The notes under the pieces were generated by a model. That model did not search any database and was not told where the DNA came from. It saw only the letters and a program-made list of their open reading frames with translations. From the NCBI GenBank assembly GCA_965645245.1, contig OZ287074.1:1612001-1676000 (forward strand): 64,000 nucleotides of DNA. Direction: 5' to 3'. Shown piece after piece: positions 60,246-64,000 of this stretch. This DNA is from Massalongia carnosa (taxonomy: Eukaryota). A program made the position numbers and the translations under genes. Numbering within the stretch: position 1 is the first letter of the stretch; each line of letters starts with the position of its first letter.

Positions 60246-61142
60246 GGAAGCATGACCATCTACTATAAGAATTCGATATTCACCGTGTAGATATTTTGCA
60301 GTAGCAGGTTCAAAACACTTTTTCAACCAATTAAGACCTAGTTTATTGTCTGTCTATCCGTTTTCGCTGGTAGCTATTTCAGTGTCAATGTCCTCCAGTG
60401 CATCGTACTAGGCCTTTTGCTTGTTGACTCCTTTGAAGATGATGAAAAGAGGTAAACTTCGACCGGTAGTACAAATGGACTCGATCAATGACACCCATTC
60501 TCGATTACCTGACTGTGCTGAAAAGGCTTGCTTTTCGTACTTAGAAATTACTACTTTAGCACTAGCAGCTACCCCCATCATGAATCCCTTTTCGTCCATG
60601 TTGTAGATGTCTTCATCAAGAATTCCGTGCTTTTCTTTCATGGAGAGGAAAAGGTCAAACCAGTGCTTGAATATCTCTTCATTCTCAGCGAATAATCGTT
60701 CTTGATCTAGTGTGCGACTGTATTTAGCCTGCAGATCGGGATGACGATGTAAAAAATACTGTTCCCAATTGATTCCTAGCATAGTATGATTCCCCCTTGC
60801 TCGTAGTAATTCTATGGCCATCTGACGTAGCTGAGCTACTTTAGCAGGCCAGCCCAAGGAGTACAGTTGTAAAACCCAGTTCTTCAAAGCGTCTTCCTCC
60901 TCGGGGGTCAGCAGTTGTTTAGTTTGATCAGACGTAAATCGTGATTGACGACCCTGAATGCGGGCATGAAGTGTAGACTTTGAAACAGCATAAAGAAAAG
61001 CTGCCTTCGTAATAGAAAGAGCTCCATCGGCCTGTTTCCAGGCCAAAAAGGCTGAATGTAATCGTTGTTGATAGGTGGAGGTGGGGTGAAAACATGAAGG
61101 AATAGAGGTCTTGTGAGAGGTGGTTTTTTTATCTACACCCAT
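60246..61142 (-). pseudogene. Fot1/pogo transposase Y (HTH, YNMDEKGF, ...VDGHAS), truncated
   Basis: ORF 61142-60408 then stops; ends at DGHAS at the LTR junction. Confidence 0.9.
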
Positions 61143-61329
61143 GATTATAAAGTTTCAAAACGATGAATATAATCTACTGTGATGTCTGAAGCTGAATTTT
61201 TATGTAAAATATATGTAATGAAGGCTTCATTATCTAGAGTGGTCAAAAAGTGATGATTTCGGAATTACTTAGTCCCGTTGCCCAATTTGTCCCGTTGCCC
61301 ATTTTGTCCCGTTGCCCAGTGAGTTACGT
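60246..61329 (-). mobile_element. 5' half of a Fot1/pogo DNA transposon (element Y), truncated at Gypsy-F
   Basis: Terminus TA|ACGTAACTCACTGGGCAACGGGAC with three 17-bp-period repeats (61272-61318); transposase on minus. Confidence 0.9.
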
Positions 61330-61331
61330 TA

Positions 61332-63072
61332 GTGCTAGCCAGCTATACAACCAGGACTAGCCATACAACCAAAAATCAAGTATTCTACATACATCGGGGT
61401 TTTTTTTCGACAATTCCTTTATGATCACCATCCATCTTTTGTGACTATTTATTCGCCTAATCATGAGCATCTTTCTATGGGCTTTTGACTGTCTAGCCAC
61501 CTTGGTTAGAGTCGTACAATAGCGCTTTTCCCATGCGACCCCTCGTTCTTTCTCTTTCTCCTTCTCTACCTTCTCCCTGTCTCGAATCATTGAACGGGCC
61601 TCTTCAACAGTAAGTATACCTCCGCGATGGAGAATCTTATTGGACTCTCGTTTACGAGCTTTTTGAGCAGTCTGGGCCGCGGTTTGCTGTTCCCAGCGTT
61701 GTTCGAGAAGATCGCCTTTTCGTACTTCGGCCACAGCTTCTTTCACAAATTTGCTGACCATTTGTACAAGATCACCAGAACAAGCCGGATGCATCATGAT
61801 TTTTGTGACTACCTCGGCCAACTGTCGCACGGTTCGCGGAGTGTTGAATGTTCAACTTCTACCAGCATTGCCTAGCCGATAGATTAGATAATATCAGATC
61901 TAATCTAAGCGCATAGAGGCTCGGATAAACTATTATCATCTCGCTTAGCAGAGGTGACCAAGATAAAAGGAACAGATTGCTCTGCACTCCGTAGCAACTC
62001 TGCATCCTTAACATCATGGTCATACAGGCCCCTATCTTTACATAGTCATATAGCCATAGTCATAGACCTATTCAACACGGAGTTTTTGTACTAATTGAGG
62101 TGCTATATGAGACGGAGTTGAAGTTGGAGTTGATTCACGAGGACGAGAAAGAAGTTCTCGAACTTTATCGAGAACAATTTCCGGATTGTATGAAATCAAG
62201 CCCGATTGTTTCCAAGCGAACTTTATTGTTGATAATTAAAACGCTCGCGATCGAAACGAGTTAAATGCAGCAAAAAATTCGACTTTGGAGAACGTTTCGT
62301 TTTCGTTCTGAATTGCCTCATTGACGGCCTCGAAGTGCCAGTGTTTCAGAGGCTGAAACACACACACATTCAATGACTGCAAGAAATGTGTAGTATGAGA
62401 AGATAATCCGAATGGAACAATGTTTTTGATTTCACAATACTCTATAAATTCACGAGTATGATGCGACCCAATACCGTCCATGATCAAAAGTCTTCAAGCC
62501 CCTCTCTGGATTTTTTCTGTGTGTTTATCAAAGTGTTTTATCTATTGCAAGCTCAACTAACTATTGGTACAACCCGAGTCAGACGTAGAGATGACAACAT
62601 CATCATTCAGGTCATTTTTTACCCAGGGAGCGAGTATGTTAACGCCAGTCACAATTAGAAAAGGGAGAATGTCCTGCCCGGCCCCATTGATACAATCCAC
62701 GGCAGTCAGCGATTCTCGATTCGATGGATCAGCACTGTATAATCTTCGAGAATTATCAGCAGTAATTATCTAATCATTTCGTGCCATGCCGATACGATAA
62801 CCCGTTTCATCAAAATTCTACTGATCGTCCGAGATTATGCCATATTTGTTCACCACCTCTTGATATTTTTCGAAATGTGCCTTAAACAACTCCAAATCAT
62901 GCGCATTTTTGCGATCAGCAGTTACAGGCTTGCTTTTAACCTTGTGAAGATCCGGATGACGTTTCAACCATCTTTTGGTCCAATGCAAGCCGAGAGGAGA
63001 AGAAGACACTAAATCGGGAGCAGTTTGTCGAAAGGATGGAGTTTGCAGCACTTTTCATCATGTGCAAGCGGG
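61332..63072 (-). mobile_element. 3' part of a Fot1/pogo DNA transposon (element Z, same terminus family as X) with degenerate transposase
   Basis: Terminus GTGCTAGCCAGCTATACAACC; fragments NFDETG, NRESLT, IMDGIGSH, HTTHFLQSLNV, TPRTVRQL and GGILTVEEAR; interrupted by a solo LTR and by Gypsy-G. Confidence 0.88.
61842..62077 (+). mobile_element. Solo LTR related to the Copia LTR at 34115-34346
   Basis: TGTTGAA...TTCAACA, TSD CGGAG; reverse complement shares CTATATGACTATGTAA and TGATGTTAAGGATG with 34115-34346. Confidence 0.9.
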
Positions 63073-64000
63073 TGTCAGGGTCTCGACACGGGGACGAGGA
63101 TCCTCGCCTCGATCGGGGACAGAACGTCTAGACCCTGACAACGCGTCATCGGAGTTATCAGGATAGGAATTTCTTAGGAGTAGGACATCAGAGAGGGGTA
63201 TATATTAGTCGTTTCGGTTCTTATAGATAGCTAGTTGTCAGTTTATTCATTCTATCCTCGCATGCCATAGCCCTATAGGGCTCCCTCCCATCGCCTGTCA
63301 CAATAACCTTACAATTCTGACAACTTTCCCCGAAGGGGGTGACAGTCCGTGGGAGGGGTGAAAACATCACATCGTCGCCTCGAAGTTTTTTTTTTCCCTT
63401 CGTCCAACGCCTATCGCAAATTCGTGTACAGGAAATCGAGCGAGGCCCTACAACATTCGACATCTTCTCCTCATCAGAGATCCCCTGTTCGTCACTACAC
63501 CACTGCCGACAACACCTCGCGAGAACGAACCCAAGGATACACCGAGGATCGTCGACTGAGAGCTCGCCTCAGCGCAACGAAAATATAGACAGCCCCAATC
63601 CACAACCCTACCATCCTCACGCTCGTGTCATCCACTACCAATCAACGAGTCAAGCGACCGAAAATTAATGGCAGGCCGCCAGACAAGAGCAATGGCAACA
63701 GCGAGGCTCACCAGATCGGACGAAGAGATCGAGGACTCTACAAGGAATAATCCGATAGAGCACGGAACCACGAAAAGACGACCCGAGGATAATCCCGAGA
63801 AAGATGAGGACGACGAGGATAAGGAAGATCCCAAAAGGGGAAGAGCACGACGGATCAGCCCATCCGACTCGTCTAGCCTATCAGACACAGATCAACCAGA
63901 AGAGCTACGGAAGATGCCGGAGACACATGAAGTGCAAGAGGTACAGGAGACACAGCTGATCGATAATCTCAGCGACCAGATCACAAGACTAGCTAAGAGG
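63073..64000 (+). mobile_element. Gypsy-G: 5' end of another LTR retrotransposon (LTR 63073-63313, leader, start of gag)
   Basis: TG start at the transposase break, CTTACA end, TATATA at 63199, ATTCT-type post-LTR sequence as in Gypsy-A/E with self-complementary PBS. Confidence 0.8.
63668..64000 (+). CDS. Probable gag N-terminus (runs off window)
   Basis: ATG at 63668, open to window end (MAGRQTRAMATARLTRS...); identity inferred from position only. Confidence 0.6.
   Translation, partial: MAGRQTRAMATARLTRSDEEIEDSTRNNPIEHGTTKRRPEDNPEKDEDDEDKEDPKRGRARRISPSDSSSLSDTDQPEELRKMPETHEVQEVQETQLIDNLSDQITRLAKR

Overview
A 64-kb, almost entirely transposon-derived region of a filamentous ascomycete genome; the taxon is inferred from chromoviral Ty3/Gypsy, Tad1-like LINEs, Fot1/pogo elements and short GT-AG introns. 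Only one host gene is evident: a 6-exon Anp1/Van1/Mnn9-family (GT62) Golgi mannosyltransferase (51376-52864, minus). The rest resolves, mostly with readable target-site duplications (TSDs), into three nests. (1) 1-34346: a degenerate Ty1/Copia (minus). Its protease motif is split by a ~3-kb pol-less LTR element with a tRNA-type primer-binding site (PBS); that element holds a full-length LINE, which holds a Gypsy and a second LINE. Two further LINE insertions sit in the Copia 5' UTR. (2) 35173-51219: a Gypsy (minus) holding a 1.08-kb solo LTR and a Tigger/pogo DNA transposon, which in turn holds another Gypsy and a solo LTR. (3) 53332-64000: Fot1/pogo fragments, an intact-ORF Gypsy with non-matching flanks, a Copia solo LTR and the 5' end of a fifth Gypsy. 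Main points of interest: Tf1-type self-priming signatures in five Gypsy families, slippery-site plus stem-loop -1 frameshift signals, a conserved structured segment upstream of LINE ORF1 with one compensatory base pair, the pol-less LTR element, and an inverted internal snippet at a LINE 5' junction. All alignments and folds were done by eye; no searches were run.
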